From the NCBI RefSeq assembly GCF_036365525.1, contig NC_090378.1, positions 118,281,593-118,345,592 of the forward strand: a stretch of DNA of 64,000 nucleotides, in the 5' to 3' direction. Of the stretch, positions 39,358 through 51,200 are shown piece after piece (position 1 is the stretch's first letter; each line of letters starts with the position of its first letter). Below the pieces are notes generated by a model that did no database searches, had not been told where the DNA came from, and saw only the letters and a program-made list of their open reading frames with translations. The stretch comes from Heterodontus francisci (lineage: Eukaryota). A program made the position numbers and the translations under genes.

Positions 39358-42300
39358 CAGTTATTACTGGAATGAGTCTGAAAGAAGGGCAGGAATGGCA
39401 GCTCAATATTCCTGATACTGAGTTTCCCAATGGGATAGAGAGGGAGAGAAAAAAGGAGAAGGGTTTCACAATATTAGTCAAAAGAAAAAATCGCAGCTGT
39501 GAGGAGGGATGATATTCAAGCAGGATCATCGAATGAGGACATTTGAATGAACGTAGGAACAAAAAAGGGGCAATCACATTGCTGCACTATATATAGACCA
39601 GGGGTCGGTAACCTTTATTACCTGAAGAGACTGTTTTCAAAAATATTACCTAAAATAAAAACTACTGGCAGTGTCAAGACCAAAATTCAGCATTTCTAAA
39701 CCAAATACCTTCTAAATTGCCAAGTGTCTCTGGTAGAATGCACACTTTGTATATATAATAAATAAAATACATGTATTGAATTTATGTATCAATAGAAAAA
39801 AAGTCAAAATCAGAATAGGTTTCACTCTGAATTATTGCATTTTTTTGACTTGTTTTTGTATAATTTTGTCAGTAAAGTCAAAATTTAAAAAAAAAATTTA
39901 AATTCAGACGTGCAGAATTAAGACAATTTTTTCAGCTATTGATTCTCGTAATAAAAAAGAAGTTTCTAATAGCAGAATAATTTATCATCTCAGTGATATT
40001 AGAAACAATAATGGTCACAAACATAAAAACTGTTCCTCCAATGGAAGCTGTACCACTCAAACAAGTTCATTTAGACAATGATGATGCTTTTCATTCAAAT
40101 AATCATTTGAAACTATAAAGTACAACATAATGATTAGTCTTTTATCCCCACAATAAAAACACAGTTTACTTTCCTTGACTGAATTTTTTCGGCCTTTTTC
40201 ATGTTAATGTGATCCAACTGGAAAAGGTTGGCAGCTGTAAATGAGCTGTTAAAGAGTCACATGTGGCTCCGGAGTCGCAGGTTCCAGACTCCTGCTATAG
40301 ACCCTCAAACAGTCAGAGGGAGAGAGAAGAGCAAATGTGTCGGCAAATTACTGAAAAGTGCAGAAACAACAGGCCAGTAATAGGAGGGGATTTCAACTTT
40401 CCAAATATTAACTGGGATAAATTCAGTATAAAAGGTACAGAGGGCGCAGAATTCCTAAAATACATTCGGGAGAACTTTTCTCATCAGTAGAAAGACCAAC
40501 AAGAGAAGATACAGTTCTGGACTTAGTTTTCAGGAATGAATCTGGGCAGGTGGAAGGGGATCAATGTGAGAGTGTTTTAGTGGCAGTGATTATAATTCAG
40601 TTAGATTTAGAGCAGTTATAGAAAAGGATAAAGATGGACCAAGAGTAAATGTTTTAAACTGGGGAAAGGCCAATTTTACTAAGCTGAGATGTGATTTGTC
40701 AGAATTAGACTGGAAACAGCTACTTGAAGGTAAATCAGTGTCAGAGCAGTGGGAGGCATTCAAGGAGGAGATAGTGAGGGCTCAGAACAAACATGTTCCC
40801 ACAAAGAAAAAGGGTGAGACTCCCAAATCTCCATTTACCACAGATGGCAAAGAGCATACACAGTAGGATAAGGTACAAAAGGGAAACTTATATCGGATTC
40901 TGAGATCTTGATACTGCAGAAAACCTGGAGAAGTGTAGAGAGTTCAGGGGTGAAATTGAAAAGGAAATTAGGGAAACAAAGAGAGGACATGAAAAAATAT
41001 TAGCTAGTAAAATCAAGGAAAACCCAAAGATGTTTAATAAATACATATAGAGCCGGAGAATCACGAAGAAAAGAGCGGGGTAAATTGGAGTCCAAAAACC
41101 TAACCTGTGTGTGGAGGCGGAGGATGTGGACATGTTTCTGAATGAATACTTTGTGCCTTTTTTCACAGAGAGTGACAAAGCAGACATTGTAGTGAAGGAG
41201 GAGGAGTGTGAAATCTTGGATGGGATAAACTTAGTGAGGGAGGAAATATTAAGGTGTTTCACATCCTTGAAAATGGATAAATCACCAGGCCCAGGTGAAA
41301 TGTATCCCAGGCTGCAAAGGAAGCAATGGGAGAAATAGCGGAGGCTCTGATCCTCATTTTCCAATTCTCTCTGGTTAAAGGCATGGTGCCTGAGGACTGG
41401 AGGACTGCTAATGTTGTACTGTTGTTTAAAAAGGAAAGAATGGATGGACCAAGTAATTACAGATCAGTCAGCATAACCTCGGCAGTGGGAAAATTATTGG
41501 AAAAAGTTCTGAGAGACAGTAAAAACCATCATTTAGAGAAACACGGGATTAATTCAGGACAGTCAGCATGGATTTGTTAAGGGAAGTTTGTGTCTGACTA
41601 ACGATTACATTTCATGAGGAGGTTACAAGGAGTGTCAAAGTGGGCGTCATGTTTGAAAGAGTCTACATGGATTTTAGCAAGGCCTTTGATAAGATCCCAC
41701 ATGGCAGACTGGTCAGAAAATTAAAAGCCCATGGGATCCAAGGAAAAGTGGGAAATTGGATCAAAAATTGAGTCAGTGACAGGAAGCAAAGTTTTATTGT
41801 CGGTGGGTGTTTTTGTGAGTGGAAAGCTGTTTTCAGTGGGGTTCTGCAGGGCTCAGTACTGGGTCCACTGCTGATTATAGTGTCTTTCAATGATTTAGAT
41901 TTAAATGGAAGGGGTATTAAGAAGTTTGTAGATGATACAAAAATAGGCCTTGCGGTTGATAATGAGGAACAAGGCTGCAGACTGCAGGAAGATATCAATG
42001 GACTGGTCAGGTGGGCAGAAAAATAGCAAATGGAATTCAGTCCAGAGAAATGTGAGGTAATGCATTTGGGGAGGACAAACGAGGCAAAGGAATATCCAAT
42101 AAATGGGATGATACTGAGAAGTGTAGAGGAACTGAGGGACCTTGGAGTTCATGTCCACAGATCCCTGAAGGTAGCAGGACAGCTAGATAAGGTGGTTAAG
42201 AAGGCTTACGGGATGCTTGCCCTTATTCGCTGAGGCCTGGAGTATAAGGTTAAGGAGGTTATGCCAGAACTGTAGAAAACACTAGTTAGACCACAGCTAG

Positions 42301-42846
42301 AAAACTGTGTACAGTTCTGGTTACCACATTACAGGAAGGATGTGATCAAACAAGAGGGGGTACAGAGGAGATTTACGAGGATGTTACCAGGAATGGAGAA
42401 TTTTACCTATGAGGAAAGATAGGATCGGCTGGGATTGTTATCTCTGGAACAGAGGAGACTGAGGGGAGATTTAATTGAGGTGTATAAAATTATGAGGGGC
42501 CTAGATAGAGTGGATAGGAAGGACCTACTTCCCGCAGCAGAGAGGTCAATAACCCAGCGGCATAGATTTAAATTAATTGGTGGAAGGATGAGAGGTGAAT
42601 TGAGGAGTAATTTTTTCACCCAGAGGGTGTTGGGGGTCTGGAATTCACTGCCTGAAAGGGTGGGAGAGGCAGAAACTCTCATCACATTGAAAAAACACTT
42701 GGATATGCACTTGAGGTGCCGAAACCTACAGGGATATGGGAATAAGAGCTGGAAAGTGGAATTAGGTTTGTTAACTCATTTTCAGCTGGCATGGAAACCA
42801 TGGGCCGAATGGCCTCATCTGCATTGTAAATCTTTCTATGTTTCTC
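39358..42846 (+). mobile_element. Degraded CR1 LINE ORF2 (endonuclease to 3' end) in the J-C intron
   Basis: LKEGQEWQLNIP, GDFNFPNINW, DKSPGP, PEDWRTANV, FSKAFDKIPHGRL, FFTQRVLGVWNSLP; (tctatgtt)-like tail. Confidence 0.92.
39599..40294. mobile_element. hAT-superfamily MITE nested in CR1
   Basis: TIRs caggggtcggtaacc / ggttccagactcctg; 8-bp TSD atatagac (39591-39598) and ctatagac (40295-40302); the uninterrupted CR1 site tgctatagaccc is seen at about 10123. Confidence 0.8.
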
Positions 42847-43283
42847 TGTTTAAACGTCTCGAATGAAGGTTTGTCACCAATTCAGCACTGAAATGGTTAA
42901 TAGTAAGAGTGTTTAAAGACTCAGTGTCCCTTTAAGACACTGTTAACCTGACAGGAAGCTTGAACTGTAGATCAGTCTATCTGGAGGAAACAGGCTCAGT
43001 GTTAACAAATCTCAGATCACACACACATCCGGAGAACTTTCTCCGAGAACACTGGAGCAGACTTGTATCAACACATGTCAGAAAGGATTCATGTTGGGTG
43101 TCGGTGTGGAAGGTTTTCGATTTCATTTAAAACCTTCTTGTCCAACACTGGGGTGAGGTCAAGGGTGAGGTTATAATCAGTCTCAGTGTACTGGGGTCAG
43201 GCAGGGTCACTGCTCCAAATGATCCCATGACCCCTGGAAGGTGAGAGTGTGCGCGAGGGTCAGGATCAGGAGCCTCCAAACTC

Positions 43284-43682
43284 AAAGAAAGACTTGCATT
43301 TCTATAGTGCCTGTCACCACCTCAGGATGTCCCAAAGTGTTTTATGGCCAATTGTGCACAGCAAGATCCCAGACAGCTGAGTGATAATGAGCAGATAATC
43401 TGATTTTCAGTGCTGTTGGTTGAGTGATAAACATTGTCCAGAACACCGAGGAGAACTCCCCTGCTCTTCTAATAGCGCAGTGGGATCCTTTACATTCACC
43501 TGAGAGGGCAGACGTCAGTTTGTCTCATCTGAAAGACAGCACCTCTGACAATGCAGCACTCCCTCAATACTGCACTGCAGTGTCAGCCTGGATTATGTGC
43601 TCCAGTCTCTGGAGTGGGACCTGAAGCCACGACATTCTGACTCAGAGGTGAGAGTGTTACCCACTGAGGCAACACTAACACC
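43284..43682 (-). mobile_element. tRNA-derived SINE (Deu/SacSINE1-like); a partial second copy lies at about 44083-44285
   Basis: aaagaaagacttgcattt tail, gtgcacagcaagatccca core, and tRNA-like head (..tctgactcagagg..gagagtgttacccactgag..) in antisense; family name from recall. Confidence 0.6.
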
Positions 43683-44285
43683 TCACAGTCGAATAGCCTG
43701 CCATTCTCAACCTCCCGGCTCACACTTGGAGGAATGAGGCCACTTGGGGAGGGTGGAGCTGTGCCCCAGCCAGAGATAGTGCCTTCAGGAGAGAGATGGA
43801 GAGCAGATTGTGGGAGACCTGTAGTCTAGAGGGGTGACATTTAACCAGTCGATGGCAGGTGCTGAGCCCTTTCCCCGTAAGTATTATGTAAGTTGATGGG
43901 GAAAGTGGGAGGGGCACTAGAGTAACACCTTTGTTGCTGCTGAAACTCTTGCTATCTGCTCGGACATGTATAATAAACACACAGACAAATCAGACAAACA
44001 TTCGTCAGTTTTCTGTGGATTTTCTGCTGGGTTCAGCTTTAATCAACAGGGGTATTGTGGGAGCTCCCGGTTAATAAAAAGAGAAGAAAGACTTGTATTT
44101 ATATCGAGTATTTCACACCTCAGGACCTCCCAAAGTCATTTACAGACAATGAAGGACTTGTTTAAAGAGCAGTCACTGTTGGAATGTAGGAAATGTGGCA
44201 GACAATTTGTGCACAGCAAGATCCCACAAACAGCAATGAGGTAAATGAACATTTTCAGTGACGTCGGTTCAGAGATAAATATCAG

Positions 44286-45236
44286 TGTCATGCAGGCCCC
44301 CACCTGCCAAGAATGAGGCACATTAATTTCGCCATATGAACACTGCTTTTTAATCTGTTGCTGGAGTAAAGAAAGAACTTGTTTTTAAAAAACAGCACCA
44401 CGCCCTTGACTGGAAAGACATTGGCATAATAACAGACAGTACTTGGAAGGGACAAAAGCTCATTTCCTGACAAATTTAATCCACAATGGACTTTTGATTA
44501 CCAGACATTGAGGGTGAGGAGCTCCCATTCCGGCTTGACTACTAAGATGGCCGACAACACCATCGGACATGGCCAGACCAGTTTAGTCACATGACTAACT
44601 GGCTGTTGTAGTTTTTTGAATTTGAACTTGCCACAGAGAAATTGAACTCAGAAAGCTGTTTGCTCCTGGACTGAAAAGACTTTTCATGGCTGGCTTGCCA
44701 CTGTCTCTCTCCCATCGGCTTTCATCTCTCTCACCAGCTTCAGAAATCATTGAAGACATATGAACCGCAAGAGGGAAAAGTCTCCCACAGTGAACAAGGT
44801 TTAAGAAGAATACTGGGCCCCAATGAAAAGCAAGATCTACCGACAAGCAAGGACTCCAGTGAGCTCGAAGCACAGTAACAAAAACTCTCTTCAGAGATTA
44901 CCTCAAACCTCTGTACTTTATTTTTCTTCTGCTCTTTTCTGTCTCTATTTGCATGTGTGTATCGCATATGCATGCTAGCATGGGGCGGGGCGTGTATCCG
45001 TACGCGTTAACTGAATTAGAGTTTTAGTTTAAGTTTTAATAAATTTCACCTTTCTTCTTTAAACCTAAGAAAACCTGTTTGTGCTCATTTCTTTGCCTCA
45101 CAATTGGAAAGCGGTGAACAAGGATTCACCGAGAAGGAGCTCAAAACACAGTGTGTTTCAAATTAAATCTTGTTACAGTAAGACCAGGTGAAGGCTGTGA
45201 AAGACCCCGAGAGACTTTCATCACCTGGTCAGAACA
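44286..45236. mobile_element. Probable solo LTR in the J-C intron
   Basis: About 950 bp starting tgtcatg and ending agaaca (TG..CA), internal aataaa near 45038, truncates a SINE; TSD imperfect. Confidence 0.5.
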
Positions 45237-45773
45237 ATCGACCTGAACTCGACCCAAAGACAAAGCAACTGAGAGTTTCCCCAAAACCCTGGAACACTGA
45301 AGCCACTGGATTGCGAGCCCTGCTGTCACTGTTTGTCATCAGAACTTTGACAAGAGATAAGCAGGGAGTGGACAGAGCAGAGTTAAAGCTGGGGGAGGTG
45401 GGACCTCGGTGTCTCACTGTGCTGGTGCTGAGATCAGTTATATCAGAGACTGTGACAGAGACCCAGAGCTCACACTGAGACTGGCAGGAGTCTAGTGAGG
45501 GATTTCACTCCATGGAGCAGGAATGTGACCACAGTCTGCAAACGTCCAGATCTCCTCTACACACTCGGTAAAAGTTGGTTACTTATATCTTGCTGGTTAA
45601 AGGGGGAATGTAACTAAAGAAATACAGCTGGGCACCCTGTTATACACAGTGCTCTTCAATGAAACATTTCATTGACTGCAGTTCCTTACTAACACCTTCC
45701 ACTATTCAGCATTTGTGTTTTAGAAAGTTTCAGTATTTAAAGGATTAGTAACGGAGGATTGAGGTTTACTTAC

Positions 45774-45808
45774 TCAGTCTGAGCTTGGTTCCTTTACCAA
45801 ACGTATAC
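45774..45808 (-). CDS. IGKJ: Immunoglobulin light-chain J segment, germline (unrearranged): YTFGKGTKLRL(S)
   Basis: G TAT ACG TTT GGT AAA GGA ACC AAG CTC AGA CTG A followed by GTAAGT donor (45768-45773); FGxGT motif; phase 1 matches the C exon (A+GC = Ser). Confidence 0.95.
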
Positions 45809-45847
45809 CACACTGACAGCTTCCAGTGCAGGGGCTGTACAATATCC
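45809..45847 (-). promoter_or_regulatory. 23-bp-spacer recombination signal sequence (RSS) of the J segment
   Basis: Heptamer CACACTG (45809-45815), exactly 23-nt spacer, nonamer ACAATATCC (45839-45847). J with a 23-RSS is the kappa-type configuration. Confidence 0.93.
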
Positions 45848-45859
45848 TCTGCTCTGTGT

Positions 45860-46330
45860 TTCACTCACTCACTCTCACCCTCTCTCTGTCTTTCACTGTC
45901 ACTGTGTCTCTCTCTCTGTCACTCTTTGCCTGTGTGTATGTGTGTCTCTGTCTCTCACACTCTCTCTATATATATCTATTTGTCTCTGTCTCTATGTGTG
46001 CTTCTGTCTGTCTCTGTCTGTGTTTGTCGCTTTCAGTGTGTCACACTCTGTTTCTGCTACTTTGGGTTTCTCTCCCATTCTGTCCCTCTCTCATTGTTTT
46101 CTCTCACTCTGTCTCTTTCACCCTCTCATTATGTCCCTCTCTCCCAATCGCTGTTACTCTGTCCCTGTCACACGCTGTCTCTCTCTCACTTTGTCTCCCT
46201 CTCTCACTCTGCCTCTCTTTTTCTCTCTCTCTCTCATTCACTCTCTCTCTCTCTCTCTCTCTCATTCACTCTCTTTCACTCTCTCTCTCATTCTCTCACT
46301 CCCTCTCTCACGCTCTCACTCTGTCTCTCA
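45860..46330. repeat. (CT)n/(CTCA)n low-complexity tract; similar tract at 47095-47630
   Basis: Pyrimidine-rich simple sequence. Confidence 0.9.
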
Positions 46331-47236
46331 CAGGCTGGGATGAATACTCCCGGTGCCATGGAGACAGTATTCTGGGTTGGAGGCAGGAAGGACTGGGAAA
46401 ATAGTGGGGAGCTGCATCAACACGGCTCCCTGACACATTCCCACCTCCGGGGTACTTTCCCAGGGGCGGACTGGGAATTGGGTCAGCTGGCAGCTCCATG
46501 GAGATGGGCAGACAATTAGAGCAATGAAGGCCCCACTTGGGGGCCATTTTGAGCCGGTGATTGTATTTTACCAACGTCGGAGCGGCCTCCCCACCCCCGT
46601 GTGTGGAAGCCCCCAGCTCAATGGAGGTGGCTTCCTGGCAGCAGGCCAGGGGACCATCGGAGACGGAGACTCCATGTCCCAATGACGGAGCCAGAGGGAT
46701 GAAAGGCTGCAGCCCTGTCCATGAATAATCCTGTGGAGGGGTGTCACCTCCAACCTGATGGACCTACTGGCTTCAGCCCTTTTTATTTTACTATTCCTCT
46801 GCAGGCAGCCGAGGGCGTCTCCATGTTGAGGGGTCCTCACTCTCACCTGCCTGTTTCAGCAGGGCCCACCTCTCCCGGTGGAGCTGCCAGCCTGACATCA
46901 CTGCGGGCCCTCTGATTGGGCCTACAGCCTCGGGAGTCTGACCGCCATCATTAATAGGACAGTGAGTGTGGAGGTGACCAATTAGGAGGCTGCCTCCCAG
47001 AAGGTTGGTCCGGCGGGCGTGATGACATGGGCAGGCTCGGGACCCTCATATAGGCCAAACGTCAGGGTCCCAATGTCCACTGGGACATCCAGACATCTCT
47101 CTCTCTATCACTCCATCCCTCTAGCACTCTATCTTTCTCTCTGTTTCTCTCTCTATCTCTCACTCTGACTCTCTTTTTCTCACTCATTCTGTCTCTGTCT
47201 CAATCTGTCCCTCTCTTTGTCTTTTGGTGCTTCTCA

Positions 47237-47273
<37 letters not shown>

Positions 47274-47349
47274 TCACACTCTCACCCGATATCTCTCTTT
47301 CTCTCTCTCTCTCTCTCCCACTGTCTCTGTTTCTCTCTCTCTTTCACTG

Positions 47350-47817
47350 NNNNNNNNNNNNNNNNNNNNNNNNNNNNNNNNNNNNNNNNNNNNNNNNNNN
47401 NNNNNNNNNNNNNNNNNNNNNNNNNNNNNNNNNNNNNNNNNNNNNNNNNNNNNNNNNNNNNNNNNNNNNNNNNNNNNNNNNNNNNNNNNNNNNNNTCTCT
47501 CTCTCCCACTGTCAGTATTTTTCTCTCTCTCGCTCACACTGTCTCTCTTTCTCTCTCCCACTGTCTCTGTTTCTCTCTCTCTCCCACTGTCTCTGTTTCT
47601 CTCTCTCTCTCTCTCTCTCCCACTATCTCTNNNNNNNNNNNNNNNNNNNNNNNNNNNNNNNNNNNNNNNNNNNNNNNNNNNNNNNNNNNNNNNNNNNNNN
47701 NNNNNNNNNNNNNNNNNNNNNNNNNNNNNNNNNNNNNNNNNNNNNNNNNNNNNNNNNNNNNNNNNNNNNNNNNNNNNNNNNNNNNNNNNNNNNNNNNNNN
47801 NNNNNNNNNNNNNNNNN
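47350..47817. other. Two assembly gaps or masked runs (N at 47350-47495 and 47631-47817)
   Basis: Runs of n. Confidence 0.99.
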
Positions 47818-48049
47818 GTGCTTGGGAAAGTTGGGAATTCTACTTGTCGATGATAAATCTTCCAGCTGCTCTTCCCACCACATCAGATGGAAAAGCCTGG
47901 AGCCACTCAATTCCTGGAAAATGAAAATCTCCCAGCAAACCGAGCTCACCTGCCTGTGCCCTGGAAAAAAGGGGAGGAGTGTTTCTGTAAATGTGATGTT
48001 TCTGTTGCTGACTCTGGTCTTCCTCATGGACCATTTGAAAACAGTGAGT

Positions 48050-48258
48050 TTCAGAGTCAGTGGATCATGTCTACATGGAGTGGGAGAGGTTGTGGCCCCT
48101 GTTCCATTATTTGAAGGGGCTGCTCCTCATCCTCTGGTTCTAAATCAGGCCCACGCTCCTGATCTTTGGCCACCCAGTGCAGAGGGGAGTGGGCAGGTTG
48201 GAGGCCCCTCCTCGTGGGTCTGCTCCTGGGCCAGGCTAAGGTGTCCATCCACAGGCCT
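48050..48258 (+). mobile_element. Short Tx1-like ORF2 3' fragment related to 29150-29350
   Basis: Shared strings tatttgaaggggctgctcctca and cccacgctcctgatctttggccaccc. Confidence 0.8.
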
Positions 48259-51200
48259 GAGATGGATGGACTCCACCAGAACCCAGAGAGAATCGGATGA
48301 AGCAAAATGTCAAATCTCCAGAGCTGTGAGATTCTCACTGATGAAGACAGCAGCTCCTCGTCCTCTCTAAACTCCTCCATCCTTTCCCAATTCCTCACAC
48401 CGTTCAGGGGAATGTTTCTGTCAACACTCTCATCGACACATGTGGCAGCAATGCACAAAACAGGAAATATTTCCCAGATAGATAAGACAGGAGATTGAAG
48501 CAACTGTTTTAATAGAACGTCTGTTTATTACATAATAAATATAACTGTGGATGTGTCAGCAGAGAAATTGGGAAAGTGTGTCCATTATTATATATTATAT
48601 ATAACTGTGGGATGTGTCAGTGCAGGAGGTGGGACTGTGTGTCCATTATTATATATTATATATAACTGTGGATGTGTCAGTACAGGAGGTGGGACTGTGT
48701 GTCCATTATTATATATTATATATAACTGTGGGATGTGTCAGGGCAGGAGGTGGGACTGTGTGTCCATTATTATATATTATATATAACTGTGGATGTGTCA
48801 GTGCAGGAGGTGGGACTGTGTGTCCATTATTATATATTATATATAACTGTGGGATGTGTCAGTGCAGGAGGTGGGACTGTGTGTCCATTATTATATATTA
48901 TATATAACTGTGGATGTGTCAGTACAGGAGGTGGGACTGTGTGTCCATTATTATATATTATATATAACTGTGGATGTGTCAGTACAGGAGGTGGGACTGT
49001 GTGTCCATTATTATATATTATATATAACTGTGGGATGTGTCAGTGCAGGAGGTGGGACTGTGTGTCCATTATTATATATTATATATAACTGTGGGATGTG
49101 TCAGTGCAGGAGGTGGGACTGTGTGTCCATTATTATATATTATATATAACTGTGGATGTGTCAGTACAGGAGGTGGGACTGTGTGTCCATTATTATATAT
49201 TATATATAACTGTGGGATGTGTCAGTGCAGGAGGTGGGACTGTGTGTCCATTATTATATATTATATATAACTGTGGATGTGTCAGTACAGGAGGTGGGAC
49301 TGTGTGTCCATTATTATATATTATATATAACTGTGGGACGTGTCAGTACAGGAGGTGGGACTGTGTGTCCATTATTATATATTATATATAACTGTGGGAC
49401 GTGTCAGTACAGGAGGTGGGACTGCGTGTTCATTATTATTAATTATATATAACTGTGGAATGTGTCAGTACAGGAGGTGGGACTGTGTGTCCATTATTAT
49501 ATATTATATATAACTGTGGGACGTGTCAGTGCAGGAGGTGGGACTGTGCGTCCATTATTATATATTATATATAACTGTGGGATGTGTCAGTACAGGAGGT
49601 GGGACTGTGTGTCCATTATTATGTGTTACATATAACTGTGGGATGTCTCAGTGCGGGAGGTGGGACTGTGTGTCCATTATTATATATTATATAAACTTGT
49701 GGGATGTGCAACAGCGGGAGGTGGGACTGTGTGTCCATTATTATATATAATATATAACTGTGGGATGTGTCAGTGCAGGAGGTGGGACTGTGTGTCCATT
49801 ATTATGTATTGTATATAACTGTGGGATGCGTCAGTATGGGAGGTGGGACTGTGTCTCCTTTATTATATATTAGATAAACCTGTGGGATGTGTCAGTACAG
49901 GAGGTGGGACTGTGTGTCCATTATTATATATTATATATAACTGAGGAATGTGTCAGTACCGGAGGTGGGACTGTGTGTTCATTATTATTTATTATATATA
50001 ACTGTGGGATGTGTCAGTACAGGAGGTGGGACTCTGTGTCCATTATTATATATTATATATAACTGTGGGATGTGTCAGTACAGGAGGTGGGACTGTGTGT
50101 CCATTATTATATATTATATATAACTGTGGGATGTGTCAGTGCAGGAGGTGGGACTGTGAGTCCATTATTATATATCATATATAACTGTGGAATGTGTCAG
50201 CACAGGAGGTGGGACTTTGTGTTCATTATTATTTATTATATATAACTGTGGGATGTGTCAGTACAGGAGGTGGGACTGTGTGTCCATTATTATATATTAT
50301 ATATAACTGTGGGACGTGTCAGTGCAGGAGGTGGGACTGTGTGTCCATTATTATATATTATATATAACTGTGGGATGTGTCAGTACAGGAGGTGGGACTG
50401 TGTGTCCATTATTATGTGTTACATATAACTGTGGGATGTCTCAGTGCGGGAGGTGGGACTGTGTGTCCATTATTATATATTATATAAACTTGTGGGATGT
50501 GCAACGGCGGGAGGTGGGACTGTGTGTCCATTATTATATATAATATATAACTGTGGGATGTGTCAGTGCAGGAGGTGGGACTGTGTGTCCATTATTATGT
50601 ATTGTATATAACTGTGGGATGCGTCAGTATGGGAGGTGGGACTGTGTGTCCATTATTATATATTATATATAACTGAGGAATGTGTCAGTACCGGAGGTGG
50701 GACTGTGTGTTCATTATTATTTATTATATATAACTGTGGGATGTGTCAGTACAGGAGGTGGGACTCTGTGTCCATTATTATATATTATATATAACTGTGG
50801 AATGTGTCAGGACCGGAGGTGGGACTGTGTGTTCATTATTATATATTATATATAACTGTGGAATGTGTCAGGACCGGAGGTGGGACTCTGTGTCCATTAT
50901 TATATATTATATATAACTGTGGGATGTGTCAGTACAGGAGGTGGGAATGTGTGTCCATTATTATATATTATATATAACTGTGGGATGTGTCAGTACAGGA
51001 GGTGGGACTGTGTGTCCATTAATATATATTATATATAACTCTGGAATGTGTCAGTACAGGAGGTGGGACTGTGTGTCCATTATTATTTATTATATATAAC
51101 TGTGGGATGTGTCAAGACAGGAGGTGGGACTTTGTGTTCATTATTATTTATTATATATAACTGTGGGATGTGTCAGTACAGGAGGTGGGACTGTGTGTCC

